Made by a program: the position numbers and the translations under genes
Part shown: positions 1 to 11,839 of the stretch, piece after piece
Layout: every line of letters begins with the position of its first letter
How positions within the stretch are numbered: position 1 is the stretch's first letter
DNA from: Eledone cirrhosa
Lineage: Eukaryota
DNA: 64,000 bases
Assembly (NCBI GenBank): GCA_964016885.1
Contig: OZ024751.1
Coordinates: forward strand, 50,840,001 to 50,904,000
Reading direction: 5' to 3'
Notes under the pieces: model-generated
What the model saw: the letters and a program-made list of their open reading frames with translations, nothing else
Database searches by the model: none
What the model was told of the DNA's origin: nothing

Positions 1-119
1 GAGTTAGCTATTTGCTGGATGCTTTCCATTGTGTTTTTCTCTAATTCCTGACTGTTCTCTGGTGGGGGTGTTTTTACTACGATGTTTATATCATCAACGT
101 AGCAGGAGTACATTATCAG
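1..119 (-). pseudogene. Penelope-like element reverse transcriptase fragment (YVDD motif), inverted relative to the rest of the element
   Basis: Reverse strand reads LIMYSCYVDDINIVVKTPPPENSQELEKNTMESIQQIANS (YVDD at 101-90) and runs off the window edge. Confidence 0.75.
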
Positions 120-120
120 G

Positions 121-780
121 GTAAATAATGACACAAATGGGATCTGCCCCTTGTATAGGAGCAAACTTTGGAATAGAATAGAAAGAACTAGGAACAAGGC
201 TAATAGAATAAACTCATGGTATGATAGCAATAAATACCAGAGTGTAATGTTCATCAATACAAACCCTAGAGGTGAATTAGCTTACAAATTTAGAAGGGCC
301 CTAGATAAACATAAGCTCAATATTAAGATAGTAGAAAGACCAGGTACCTCCGTAAAAACACTTATTAGCAATACATACCCTTTTCAAAGACCTCCCTGTA
401 TAGATAAGAAATGTATAATCTGTAAATTAAGCCCCCATATTAACTGTAAAACTAGAAATGTAGTATATAGCATAAGATGTACTGAAGGACAATGTAGAGA
501 TAAAAATATAGTGTACATAGGTAAGACAGCTCGTAGTATAGGGGAACGGATAAATGAACACTGGTGAGACCTTCAAGATAGTAAAGAATCATCTGTATTC
601 TACCAACATGCTAAAATAGAACATAAGGGTAAATTAGAGAACATAGAAATAAAAATAGAATCTACACACAGAAAAGACGCAACGTTTAGACAAATCACAG
701 AGGCAATAAACATAAATGAACTCTAATCAAAATTAAATAGAAAACATGAATGGAACAGCAACATCACAACTTACAATTAA
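121..780 (+). pseudogene. Penelope-like element C-terminal linker and GIY-YIG endonuclease, disrupted
   Basis: PCIDKKCIIC..CKTRNVVYSIRC...YIGKTARSIGERINEH: Cys knuckle plus VVY/YIG motifs. The frame continues past TGA 565-567 as DLQDSKESSVFYQH...RQITEAINI, then TAA 724-726, then KLNRKHEWN. Confidence 0.85.
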
Positions 781-981
781 GGACAACATGAAAACACACA
801 CGCACATAGAACAAACAACCAACCAGTAACATGTAAATAAACAAATAAATAAACGAATATAAACACACACAGACACCCGGATGTAACACATGCGCAAACT
901 AAGCACACAACACACACACACAAACAAGATGGCGTAGGACAGAACAAAGGAGAGGCACAAAAACAAAGAAAAGAATCCCCA

Positions 982-1024
982 GTCACTGAAGAGGTCACAG
1001 AATGTGTGACGAAAGAACTTTGAC
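982..1024 (+). ncRNA. Minimal type I hammerhead ribozyme (family A)
   Basis: GUCA-CUGAAGA-G-GUCACA[GAAUG]UGUGAC-GAAA-GAAC-UU-UGAC: stem I GUCA/UGAC, 6-bp stem II, very short stem III, in the PLE terminal repeat. Confidence 0.75.
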
Positions 1025-1170
1025 AATATATAAACAATTATCTGGTTGTGGAACCAACCAACCAACCGGAAATTTATAAATTCCTAAATTTATAAATTTA
1101 TTATAATAAATTGAAGTGAAAGCAACTGGTGCGTGTGTTTCTTATTGGCAACATGACCCTCCCAAAGTAT

Positions 1171-1219
<49 letters not shown>

Positions 1220-1223
<4 letters not shown>

Positions 1224-1783
1224 CAACCACGCAGTATTCATTCTTCTCATGTTTTTTATATATATTTTCCCCAGCTGCGTTTGTCTGTTTCTCTCTTACT
1301 GCTTCCCCCATCTCTCTGTTTCTCTCACCTTCTTTCGCCCCTTCTGTCAGTTACACTTTCTCTCGACTGGCCTCTTCCTCGCACTTCCACTCACTCACTC
1401 TCTGTTTCTCCCCTTCTCACTTCCTCCCGTTTGGCCTGAAGTGGGGTCCTTTCTTGCTCACACCTCACTCGCGTCACACGGTCTGTTGTTTCTCGCTCAT
1501 GAAATCCACACAGCTTAAGCTGATTGGACTCCCATGTGCTTGTTTTTTCCTATCTTTGCGTTGCTATCCTTCTACGTTTGTTTATTTGTCTCGCTCGCTT
1601 TACGCGCTTTACTTGTCCCAATAACTTTATTTAGCTATTGCTCGCACCAACTGGAGGTATATGATTTTTAAAGCGATGAAATACCAATGAAGGTTGGAAA
1701 ATCACTGATGAAGGACTATTTTTTTCATATGTAACCCATGTGAAACCACGCAGAACTCACTTCTTCTCATGTTTTTTATATAT
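1220..1783 (+). mobile_element. About 560-bp element in (TA)n with short terminal direct repeats and a degenerate hammerhead-like core
   Basis: AACCACGCAG..TTCTTCTCATGTTTTTTATATA at about 1225-1264 and 1744-1783; CTGATGA at 1705-1711 and GAAAC at 1742-1746; (TA)n on both sides. Confidence 0.5.
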
Positions 1784-1874
1784 ATATATATATATATGGA
1801 TGGAATCAGTTTGAAACTGGTTAGACTATTACTCAACAGAGTACTCAATACTTGGGGTAGTAGAGTATGGTGAT

Positions 1875-2830
1875 ATTAATAATAATAATAATGAAATTAT
1901 TGTGTACAGTGCTCAGGTGCACTACAACTCATCAAAGGTGCATGTATAGTACATAGAATAATGTACAAATGTCAGGAAAATAAACAGTGTATGAGTCATG
2001 ATATAATAACAATAACAATAATGAAATATTGTGCACAGTGCCCAGGTGCACCACAACCCATCAAAAAAGTGCATGTACAGTACATAGGGCAATGCACAAA
2101 CATCAGTAAAATGAACAGTGCACGAGTCATGATACACACATGTGTGCATGTGTATGGAAGGGGCACATCAGGTGTAGTTTTGGCGTATTTCGGGAAGCAT
2201 GAGTGTCTTAGAGGATGCAGTGTCTCGGCAGCTAACAATTGATGCAGGCAGTTTGTTCCATGCTTCAGCAACTCTGAGCGTGAAAAAATGTCTGCGAAAG
2301 TCATGGGAGCTGTGCTGTTTTCTTATCTTGTAGGCATGTCCACGTGTGTTAGACACATGGAGATCAAAGAGGCGCTCAGGGTTGCAGTTGGCGAGATGGT
2401 TAAAAACTTTGTGGGTATTCACCAAGTCCATTGCCAGACGTCGGAGCTTCAATGAATCCATGCCCAGGGAAGCAAGGCGTTCAGAGTATGGTAGGTGTCT
2501 GATGGAGGGTATGCGCTTGGTTGCACGTCTCTGAACAGTTTCCAGGAGGTCAATGTTCCGAGCAAGATAGGGGTTCCAGACTGATGATGCGAATTCCAAG
2601 TGTGGTCGCACCATAGCTGTATACAGTTTTAAATAGATGGCTGGAGAGCGGCTAACAAAGGTCTTGCTGAGTGATGCCAAGACACCCTCGGCCTTCTTGA
2701 CAATCTTAGAGACATGCTTTGTCCAACGCAAATCGTTGCTGACAGTAATGCGCAGGTTACGTTCACAAGAGGACTTTTTGATGTCAGTGTTGTGGAGGGA
2801 GTATGTGGACGCTGGATTTTTCAGAGTCAG
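1875..2830 (-). mobile_element. CR1-type LINE 3' fragment (RT C-terminus, 3' UTR, (ATT)n tail)
   Basis: YTAMVRPHLEFASSVWNPY..LETVQRRATK..TRGH..FFTLRVAEAWNKLP; partly duplicated 3' UTR; same family on + at 27775-28235. Confidence 0.85.
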
Positions 2831-2835
2831 GACCT

Positions 2836-3065
2836 GACGGCTGAGCTCTTGCCGTTTCAACAGCTAGTTCTAGTCTGGAACTAGCTGTTGAAATAGGTCC
2901 CAACTCTTATATATATATATATAGATAGATAGATAGATAGATATAGAAACGGCTTGAGCTCTGCCATCGGGGTCATACTTGTTCCTATTACCCACTCTAC
3001 TACCCTAAGTATTGAGTACTCTGGTGCATTATGGTCCATCTGGTTCCTTACCACAACTCCTTTAT
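2836..3065. mobile_element. Short PLE-like foldback remnant (family with the ACTCTACTA..GTATTGAGTAC motif)
   Basis: Hairpin TTTCAACAGCTAGTTCTAG..CTGGAACTAGCTGTTGAAA; 2946-3055 closely matches 49607-49716; flanked by (TA)n/(GATA)n. Confidence 0.55.
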
Positions 3066-3204
3066 TATATATATAGATATATATATACAATGTTTATTAA
3101 GTTATATATATATATGTATGTGTGTGTGTGTAATGTGTAGATATATCCTGTAATACACTTATAGCATATAGAATATATCTTTAGATTATATATGTGTGGG
3201 TGTG

Positions 3205-3856
3205 TATAGTGATAGATAGATTTCTTTATTAGCCACAAGGGCGCAACAAGAAAGGGGACAATACAAAGACATGCCGGGGATTTTACATACAGTCGTGTAA
3301 AAAATATAAAAACAAACAATTTCAACAATCGAAATCCCCAATAGGGGGGAGGCGCCACAAATGGGTTGTTTAATACCCCGTCGATAGAACAACCCTCAAC
3401 TCCAGGAGCGTGTTGTGCAAGTGCTCCTTTCTTCCTTTTGCTCTCTTCCTCAACCTACAGGCTTATAAACAGAGAAGGCCCAATCACTCGGGCCATTTTC
3501 GCTTCATTCACCCACCTTTCAGTAAATTTACCGGGGTGCAGTGCCTCTCTCTCCACCCTGATTCTCCTTCTAAAGTGATACTTAAAGAAGGGAATCAATT
3601 GTTGTCTGGAGAGAAAGGCATCTGTCCTCAGTCCTCTCAACCTCGTCCACCATATAACTTCTTTCACCATAGCCACCGTACAGAGGAAAACCGCCTCTCT
3701 TTCGTTTTTGAAAGAGTCTGGCGGTTTGATCCTTACTATGGACTCGGCAGTCAACTGTATTTGTCCCATACGCAACAGCAGTTGTTCTGCATAGTTCCAC
3801 AGGTCGCTTACACCTGGGCAGTGTACAATTGCGTGCAGAACTGTTTCAATGTCCTG
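3205..3856 (-). mobile_element. L1/Tx1-like LINE 3' fragment
   Basis: Minus-strand ORF pieces (..EREAVFLCTVAMVKEVIWWTRL..) resemble an L1/Tx1 C-terminus; followed by AATAAA and a (TCTA)n tail; GATA repeats flank both ends. Confidence 0.5.
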
Positions 3857-4248
3857 AGATAGATAGATAGATTGTTCTCATTAAATAGACATCAGTTATG
3901 AACAATGACAGATTAGTGTGAGATTACGAGAACAGGGTGACATGTGTTCCACTTCATAATAGCTTGAGCTTCATCAATTGTTTCTAGTGATATAAAAGGG
4001 AAGGTTGTGTGACTGTGAAATATATGAACACTGGCTACTTTGAAGACTGATATTGATCAATACTTGATCTGTAGTCACATATTGGTGTTATGGTGTATAT
4101 GGCATGAAAACATTAATCTAAACAGACAGCTTTGTATTTCTAAACCCCCTCCCCATCACCACCACCACACACTTACTATAACTACCATCAATGGCTGACT
4201 GTCTGACAAACAATTGATATGCACCTAGATTTACCTGTATACCTGTCT

Positions 4249-4279
<31 letters not shown>

Positions 4280-4312
4280 ATAATCATACAAAGGAATCTC
4301 TGTAAAGCATTT

Positions 4313-4419
4313 ATCATCATCATCATCATCATCATCATCACCATCATCATCATCATCTTCATCACCACCATCATCATCATCATCATCATCATAATCATCA
4401 TCATCATCACCATAACCAC

Positions 4420-4458
<39 letters not shown>
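4313..4458. repeat. (CAT)n microsatellite
   Basis: Imperfect CAT/CAC trinucleotide run. Confidence 0.95.
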
Positions 4459-5653
4459 TAATCCTTTCAATACCAACCTGCCCAAAACCACATCTGGTTC
4501 CATGAAAAAATATATATTTTAAATGGTTTTTAATTGAAATTAAAATCTTCCAGGATAATGTTACATAAGACAATTTTGTTAGGTTATGTTATCATTACCA
4601 TCTTAATGAAATAATAAATAATTCCTTCAAATTCTTCACAAATTAATTAAAATGCAATATATTTCAATAGAAATATGGTATGAAAGCATTTTGGTAATAT
4701 GGGTTACCCTCGGGCAAGCTGGTATTAAAAAGGTTGGGTTAAAAGTCTTATTCTTCTTCATCGCCCACTTATTCCTGAGAGGGTCGGGTGGCAGAGTCCT
4801 CAAACACTCCTTCCAGAAGGTCCTGTCAGAGGCATCTATCTCTATCTGATCCAGCTGGGTCCCTAAGTGAGACCAACCAAGCTCATTGATGTAATCCAAC
4901 CATCTTGCTTGGTTAAAAGTGTAAAATTAAATTTTTTTAAACTTCCCACCTCCAATTTTTTGTAACATATTCTTTTTACATCTTTCTTTTGAGAAAAAAG
5001 CTAAAGCTGTATTTCATGATGAGAGGTAGGATAAAAAAAAGTTCAAAATATTCAAAATACAGTCATTATTTCTGGAGATGGGGTTCTGTCTAGTCCTGCT
5101 AGTTCTTTTAATGTCCAGTCATAAATATTAAAACATTAGCTTATTACTGAGATCACTAGAGTATTAATGCCCATTATCTTATTCTTAGCATTTAGTTCAG
5201 TCTTAAGTAATAATCTTATCCAACAGTAATATTTCTTTCTAATCTTTTCTTTCCTTTGTGTGAGTTGAAACCTGTCTAGTTCATTGATTCCTGAGTACTA
5301 TAATGTTTGATCTAATTTTCTTATCTCAAATTTTTTATCTAGAATTATATTAAAGGTTTTCCTCTCTTCAGGGTTGCCTTGGAACATTTTTCTAATCCAA
5401 ATTTCATGCCTAATTCTTTTGTAAATCTCGTCTGCAGCATACAACTTAAGAGGTATTAGTTCATTTCTTTTCCACAACATTTATATCGAAGTTCAGTCCT
5501 TTTTAGCATTTCAGTTAATGGTGTCACTACAGGACCAAATCTTGGTGTTTTCTATGCTTACCGGCAAAAAAAGAATAATGGAGGATATACATCCCATCCC
5601 TCCACCTTGAGACAGTGACTTAAAGATTGAAATGAGTGTCACTCCCCCACCCG

Positions 5654-5751
<98 letters not shown>

Positions 5752-6149
5752 AACCAACATATACTCAAAATTTATATATATATATATATATAAAATATTT
5801 ATACTCTGCTTTGTATTGAGTACCTTACTTACTGTGGTTACCCCTGATTGAACCCGGGATAAACTTATATATATATATATAGAGAGAGAGAGAAACAGAG
5901 AGAGAGAGACATTCAGCCGTCTCCTATATCAAGAAAACAACAATTTTGTTTTTAGGAAGTTCCAATGTTTTCAAATTTGTATAGGTTTTGCTGCCTTAAA
6001 AGTTCAGGCTATCAGAATTGATAGTCCTTGGTGAAAAATATGTATTACAGAGTTTTAAATAAACCTGAATCAACTGGTTATGGCCTCTGATCTTTTTAAT
6101 ACTATATATATATATATATATATGTATATTTAACATGAAGTAAACATAC

Positions 6150-6240
6150 CAGTATATAAAATCAGTCACCCATCCAACATGTTCACGGTGAGCTTGACTC
6201 AATTTTTCAGACTCTACATCCCAACATCTTACTACACCAT
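6150..6240 (-). CDS. WD40-repeat protein, coding exon 2
   Basis: tag|ATGGTGTA...TACTG|gtatg; encodes (D)GVVRCWDVESEKLSQAHREHVGWVTDFIYW; phase 1 matches exon 1. Confidence 0.8.
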
Positions 6241-6774
6241 CTAATACAAAAGAAATGAAACAGATTATAATAAACAATATCTGAAAGATAAATTATTCAT
6301 ATGTATATCACCATCATCATCATCATCATTATCATTTAACGTCCATTTTTCACAATTGCATGGGTTTGGTATGGTACAGATCTATATTTTTGCTTGGTTT
6401 CTACAGCTGGATGCTCTTCCTAACACCAACCATGTTACAGTGTGGACTGGGTGCTTGTGACATTAATGTGAAAGTGACTGAGCATAGAACAGCATGCTTG
6501 TAAAATTAATGTGGATGTGGCTGAGCATTCCATAGGCACATATACTCTTAATGCAATTCTAAGGGAGATTCAGCATTAGGTAGTGTATGACAAGGTATGG
6601 TTATTTGAATTACAGGTGCAATGTGAAATGAAGTATCTTGCTCACAGACACATCACATCACCAGGAATTGAACTCACAATTTTGAGATAATATGTCAAAC
6701 ACCCTAACTACTAAGCCATGTATCTTCACAGTAAAGAAATATCACCTGTGTAAATCTTGATAATTCAAACTTAC

Positions 6775-6877
6775 CTTGACAGCCAATAACAATCTCTCGG
6801 CGTGCTGGATTATAACCAAGTGCTGTCACACAACCTGTGTGGACATCTTTGATGACCAGATGTTTTTCCATTGCCAT
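6775..6877 (-). CDS. WD40-repeat protein, first coding exon
   Basis: Acceptor cag| with exon start at 6886, ATG at 6877, MAMEKHLVIKDVHTGCVTALGYNPARREIVIGCQ, donor G|gtaag. With exon 2 it forms a WD40 blade (H-x-x-x-V-x-x-L...DGVVRCWD). Confidence 0.8.
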
Positions 6878-7047
6878 TTTAAAAGTCTGCTACATATACA
6901 CACATATACATTCATATACACACACATATATACACATATACACACACACACACATATACACACATATACACATACACAGAGCAGGGAAAATGGATGTTAA
7001 ATGATGCTAATATATGTGTATGGGTGAGCGCGTAAGTGTGTGTGTGC

Positions 7048-7101
<54 letters not shown>

Positions 7102-7995
7102 GTATGTATGTATATATTATGTAATTGCTGTAGGAATTTAATTTAATTGTATATATATATGTATATATATATGTATATATGAGTGTGTGTCTGTGTGTGT
7201 ATGTGTGTGTTTATGTATATGTATTTTATGTATTTATATATGTATATATTTATGTAGATGTATGTGTGCATGTATTGATATGTATACGTGTGTGTGTGTG
7301 TGCATATGTGTATTTATATGTGTATGCAAGTGTGTGTGCATATGTGTGTGTGTGTAGCATATGGAATATCTTATTTATGTGTATATTGTGTTATGTTTAT
7401 GTGTATATGTATATGTGTATATATATATATGTGTGTATGTGTATCTGTCGTCTGCTTCATTCATTTGCATTCTTCCTTTATAGCAGGTTTTCCTCTTGCT
7501 CTTCCATCTTTTCTTCTTTTTCTTCTTCTTCCTTTTGTTTTGTAGATATTCTTGTGTTTGTTGTTTTTTTGTTGTAGCTGTTTAGCTCTAGGTCTTACTT
7601 GATTGAGTTGATCACATGGGCTGTGATCAAAGGCATTTCATCATGATTATCTTGTAATTTTTTTTTGTTTTTTAGACATTGTGTATCTGGGACCACATTA
7701 TCCAATGTGACCCACCTCTTTTAAGATGATATGGCATGATTTGAAGAAGATTTAGCTGGTATTTCTAGCAATTTTTTGCACTTGATTTGGTTGTTGCTAC
7801 TGTTGCTGATGTTGTTCCTGCTATTGCAGCTGTTTGTTGTTGTTGTTGCTGCTACTGTGCTGTTGCTGTTGTTATTGTTGCTGTTCTTTTTCTTCTTGTT
7901 TTGTTCATATATTTTCTTTTTTACTTTACTTTCAATCATTACTTAACAGTTTAAATATTACACAACAAAATAAAGCAAAACAAAATTTATTCTCC

Positions 7996-8049
<54 letters not shown>

Positions 8050-8093
8050 CTTCTGTCTCTCTGATTGACAGTTGTGGGTCATGACAATAAACT

Positions 8094-8122
8094 GGGCACC
8101 ATAGAAACCTACGTCACTTCCG
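8094..8122. promoter_or_regulatory. Candidate promoter motif cluster (X-box-like half site, CRE-like, ETS)
   Basis: CCATAGAAAC (RFX-like), TACGTCA (CRE-like) and overlapping ACTTCCG (ETS), about 1.2 kb upstream of the WD40 start, between divergent genes. Confidence 0.35.
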
Positions 8123-8216
8123 TTGTCAAAATTGTTTAAACGATAAATTTTACAAACTGTAACACAATAAAGAATTTTATTCTGTCTTTTACCTGATGCC
8201 AGCTTTGGAACAGATG

Positions 8217-8477
8217 GGGTTCTACATTTTACCTATGGCCTGGACCTATTACCAGCTTTGGGGTGGGGAGTTACATTTACATCTGGCTTGAACCTATTTT
8301 ACATCTGGCCTGGACCTATAATCAGCTTCGGCATGTGGTCTACATTTTACATCTGGTCTGACTCTATTACCAGTTTGGGGACCTGGTCTACATTTTACAT
8401 CTGGTCTGGACCTATTGTCAGTTTTGAGACCTGGTCTACATTTTACATCTGGTCTGGACCTATTGCCAGTTTTGGCT
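8217..8477. repeat. 48-bp minisatellite, about 5 copies
   Basis: Unit approximately GGTCTACATTTTACATCTGGTCTGGACCTATTGTCAGTTTTGAGACCT. Confidence 0.85.
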
Positions 8478-8938
8478 AGGCAACAGATTAAGTGATCCTT
8501 TCAGGGGTTGATTAAATAAAGTACCAGACCGGGGTAAGTGGACTGGTGGAATATAGTTAGAGCATCAGACGAGATGCCCCATCGTATTTATTCCAGCTCT
8601 TTGCATTCTGAATTCAAATACCACTGTTACCTACATGGATGGCAGATGTCATCTATTGCTCCGTTTAACACCACCACCTGGGTCTTGGAGGGTTTTCGAG
8701 GACTCCACACTATTGCAAGTATTCGAAGTAAGTTTCTGGTTTGAGGACTCCCTCCCACACTTGCTCCCTTGCTTTCTCTCTCTCCTCACCAGTCTTGAAG
8801 CCATGGAAAAAAGTCGTGGGGACTGCACCTAGCTCCCCTCCCCCACCTTTTGATTGATTAGTTTGTTTGTTTTTAAAGATTTCAGAGTTTTCTCCCTTGC
8901 CTCTGTATACTTGTGTTATTACAAGTATTATTACAAGG

Positions 8939-9122
8939 GTGGTGGATTGGCAGAATTGGTAGAGGGTCGGACGCCATGCTTTCCAGCATAGTTACGTCCC
9001 TTTACGATCTGAGTTCAAATCCCGCCGAGGTTAACTTTGCCTTTCATCCTTACGAGGTCGATAAAATAAAGTACCAGTAATGTACTGGTTAATTGCTGGC
9101 CTTGTGCCAAAAATAGAAACAA
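8939..9122 (+). mobile_element. tRNA-derived SINE with Nin/Deu-like central domain
   Basis: A-box-like TGGCAGAATTGG, B-box GTTCAAATCC, core CTTTCATCCTTACGAGGTCGATAAAATAAAGTACCAG; TTATTACAAG on both sides; many copies in the window. Confidence 0.8.
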
Positions 9123-9250
9123 TTATTACAAGTATTCGTTTTTTTTTTTAATAAGTGTAAGACTTTGCAGATATATGTAATACTATGAAAAGAAAAAAAT
9201 GAGAGGGAGGGCATAATAAGGAAGAAAAAAAAAAGGGGGGGGGGGGGGGT

Positions 9251-9608
9251 TGTGGAAATTCAAACCATGCCAATAATAACGATTAATGATGGTTAAAAAT
9301 TGCTATTATAATTCCCGTAAAGGGACTTGGTTATTCCAGCGACTTAGCCACGCTATCACTCCCTGCAATGCTGCTAGTGTATTGGCTTACCTAAAACATT
9401 ATTTGAGAGAGGGGGGTGGATTCTGTGATTATTCCCCCCCCCCCTCTCTCTCTCAAATAATTTTTTAGGCAAGCCAATACACTAGCAGCATTGCAGGGAG
9501 TGATAGCGTGGCTAAGTCGCTGGAATAACCAAGCCCCTTTACGGGAATTATAATAGCAATTTTTAACCATCATTAATCGTTATTATTGGCATGGTTTGAA
9601 TTTCCACA
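9251..9608. repeat. About 165-bp-arm inverted repeat containing a CRE-like LINE 3' end
   Basis: Nearly identical ORFs on both strands (RKGT/AWLFQRLSHAITPCNAASVLA); short central spacer. Confidence 0.85.
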
Positions 9609-9614
9609 GCTAAG

Positions 9615-9905
9615 CTACCGAAGGTGTCACGATTTTCCCTTTCCATGGTGGTAACCCGCCTCATTTGGGATGCAACATATAGCGATACGTTCCACACGGC
9701 AACCTGGAGCGTTCAGTAACACGACCAGATTTTGTTGCCCGGCAAGCTGAAGATCGCATTCTGTTGAAGTATCGGCCGCTTTCCGATAGGTTTGATGAGG
9801 AGACTTCTAACATTCTTAGTCTCCGTACCTATACTCACTACCATCGAGGTGGAGTTCACCACATACAGGAGTGAGCAACGCGAGTTGGAATGGCTATTTC
9901 AACGT
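9615..9905 (+). pseudogene. Decayed CRE-like restriction-like endonuclease fragment
   Basis: Frameshifted PEGVTIFPF..LIWDATYSDTF...ARQAEDR..KY...RELEWLFQR resembles the PD-(D/E)xK endonuclease of CRE-type non-LTR elements; a related minus-strand piece is at about 16905-17105. Confidence 0.5.
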
Positions 9906-10070
9906 ACCTCCCCTCGCTACCTTCCGAGGTAACGCTTTCTCTAGTCTGTCGCCAGAGAGCGTTCTCCCATACTGTCCGGACTTGTATATTTGAGGTAGCG
10001 ATGATGCTGGTTGCTGATAACTTCAATATCTGTCAACTTACACACAAAGTCGGTGAGAATATGAGTCATA

Positions 10071-10259
10071 ATTGTTTCTACTATTGGCACAAGGCCAGCA
10101 ATTAACCAGTGCATTACTGGTACTTTATTTTATCGACCCCGTAAGGATGAAAGGCAAAGTTAACCTCGGCGGGATTTGAACTCAGAATGGCAAGGGCCGT
10201 AACTCTATGCGTCAAAGCATGGCGTGCGTCCGACCTTCTACCGATACTGCCAATCCACC
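10071..10259 (-). mobile_element. tRNA-derived SINE (same family as 8939)
   Basis: Reverse complement of the 8939 family; flanked by GAGTCATAAT direct repeats. Confidence 0.8.
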
Positions 10260-10816
10260 GAGTCATAATATTTAATTATTTAATACGCACGAGCTGAGAA
10301 CTAAATGTACTTCAATAACAGAAACTGAATCGAGGCTTCCCACATGCCACGGTACAAAGATTAAGTTAGGTATCAAGAATTCAAAAGGTCACTCATCTTA
10401 GATATAGTAAATAGAAATGAAAGAAAGAAATATATAGCGAAGCACTTTTTATTTTTCAGGCTGTAATATACCAAATCTTTGAGGGAGCTGAGTCAATGAC
10501 ATTGAATGAAGAAGTTCTTGTCATTGTTGGCGACTCACCTTACCGATGATCAGGTGGTACCTGAGAGAGAGGTGTTGGTTATTCCAGGTGTTGGTTATTC
10601 CAGGCCTTGTTTATGACCCACGGCAATACTATGATTGTGTTGGCATATCTCAAAAGTTATTAGAAGGAAACTCCGGCGCTCCTTGTGGCGTGTGATTGAG
10701 TGTGGGGGATCTTTTCACACTTTTCCTCTTTTATATTGTGTTTATATACTAATAAACTGTACATATTGCGTTATCAATAAAAATTGCAAAGGTAAGGAAA
10801 AGTGTTGGTCCAGAGT

Positions 10817-10848
<32 letters not shown>

Positions 10849-11193
10849 TAATAGTAGTAGTAGTAGTAGTGGTGGTGGTGGTCACATTATCACACACATG
10901 AACTTTCCTTTGTCTACACTTTATGCAACGGTGACCACATCACCGGGCAATCCATAAATGAGTACACACAACAACTGGATCAACACCATTCATCTACACA
11001 CATTAGTTTTGTTATTATATTATGGTGTAATTTTAGGGAAATGTGGCTGTTGTTTCCAGCAATTTTTATGACCGTGTGGAGGCTTCCTTTTGTGTCTCAT
11101 AATTCTCTAATTCTACAACCAGACAGACACAGGTCAGTTTTGACCGAACAGACCTATAAATATTTGACATTCAATTTGTGACCATACTGCGTC

Positions 11194-11229
<36 letters not shown>

Positions 11230-11685
11230 TTCTATCTTTTGATTTTTTTCGAACATAGTATGACTAAGACTGCATTATCTAATGTAGTCTTCTTTGATAA
11301 AGGCGACGGGATGTGATTGGAGGGATTTGGTTGCTATTTCTAGCAAATCAGCTGATCACGTACAGGCTCCCATCTGTGGATAGTCATTAGGGTGTGTATA
11401 TTAGGTTGGTTGTTTGGTCATTCAACGTGTGTGTGCTTATTTGTTGACAGTTGTTTTTGTTGTTGTTTTTAATGTACACAGTTAAAGTCCAAAATAGCAT
11501 TAGTTACACATGCACGCACAGATACAAATATACAACACATACACATACAATCACATAGGCTTTGTCGGGAACTAGGGGGAAGTTAAAATATTTCCCTGAC
11601 CCACTTAGAAGCATAAAGTACATTTATTCCCATATATGCCGTGATATTATGAAAATAATTCTTTCAGTTGCCATTACATCGAATC

Positions 11686-11839
11686 ATGGACAGATTTGCT
11701 GTCCAGTATAAACTTCGTGGAACTTTACTTAACAAAAATAATGATAATAATACTCAGCCCACACGGCAACTAAACATGAACGATGCACAATCGGAAAATA
11801 AAACTTCTGCCGGGAATATACCAGACAGTTCGAAACCAG
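11686..11839 (+). CDS. BORCS8: BORCS8 homologue, putative first coding exon (N-terminal extension)
   Basis: Acceptor tttcag| with exon start at 11668, ATG at 11686 (MDRFAVQYKLRG...SSKP), donor CAG|gtaaaa; phase 1 fits the exon at 18463. No homology to the BORCS8 core that I can recognise. Confidence 0.45.

Larger units (their letters stand above)
121..1177 (+). mobile_element. Penelope-like retroelement 3' part with terminal repeat (family A), ending in (TA)n
   Basis: The GIY-YIG ORF is followed by about 400 bp that recur nearly identically at 33993-34424 and more divergently at 44990-45192 and 32726-32975. It ends AAGTATAACAAT then (AT)n. Confidence 0.8.

Noticed and set aside
565-567. In-frame TGA in the PLE ORF as a possible selenocysteine codon (described for some Naiad PLEs)
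   Set aside because: It is not at a Cys position (EHW*DL, plausibly CGA to TGA), and a second stop at 724-726 is CAA in the 33993 copy, so ordinary decay explains it.
733-1065. Recurrent ORFs such as ..LSKFFRHTFCDLFSDWGF.. (also 33702 and 34040)
   Set aside because: Antisense translations of the non-coding PLE terminal repeat and its hammerhead.
10460-10790. Possible upstream BORCS8 UTR exon ending at AAG|gtaagg (10790)
   Set aside because: The donor is good, but the exon start and linkage cannot be established without transcript data.
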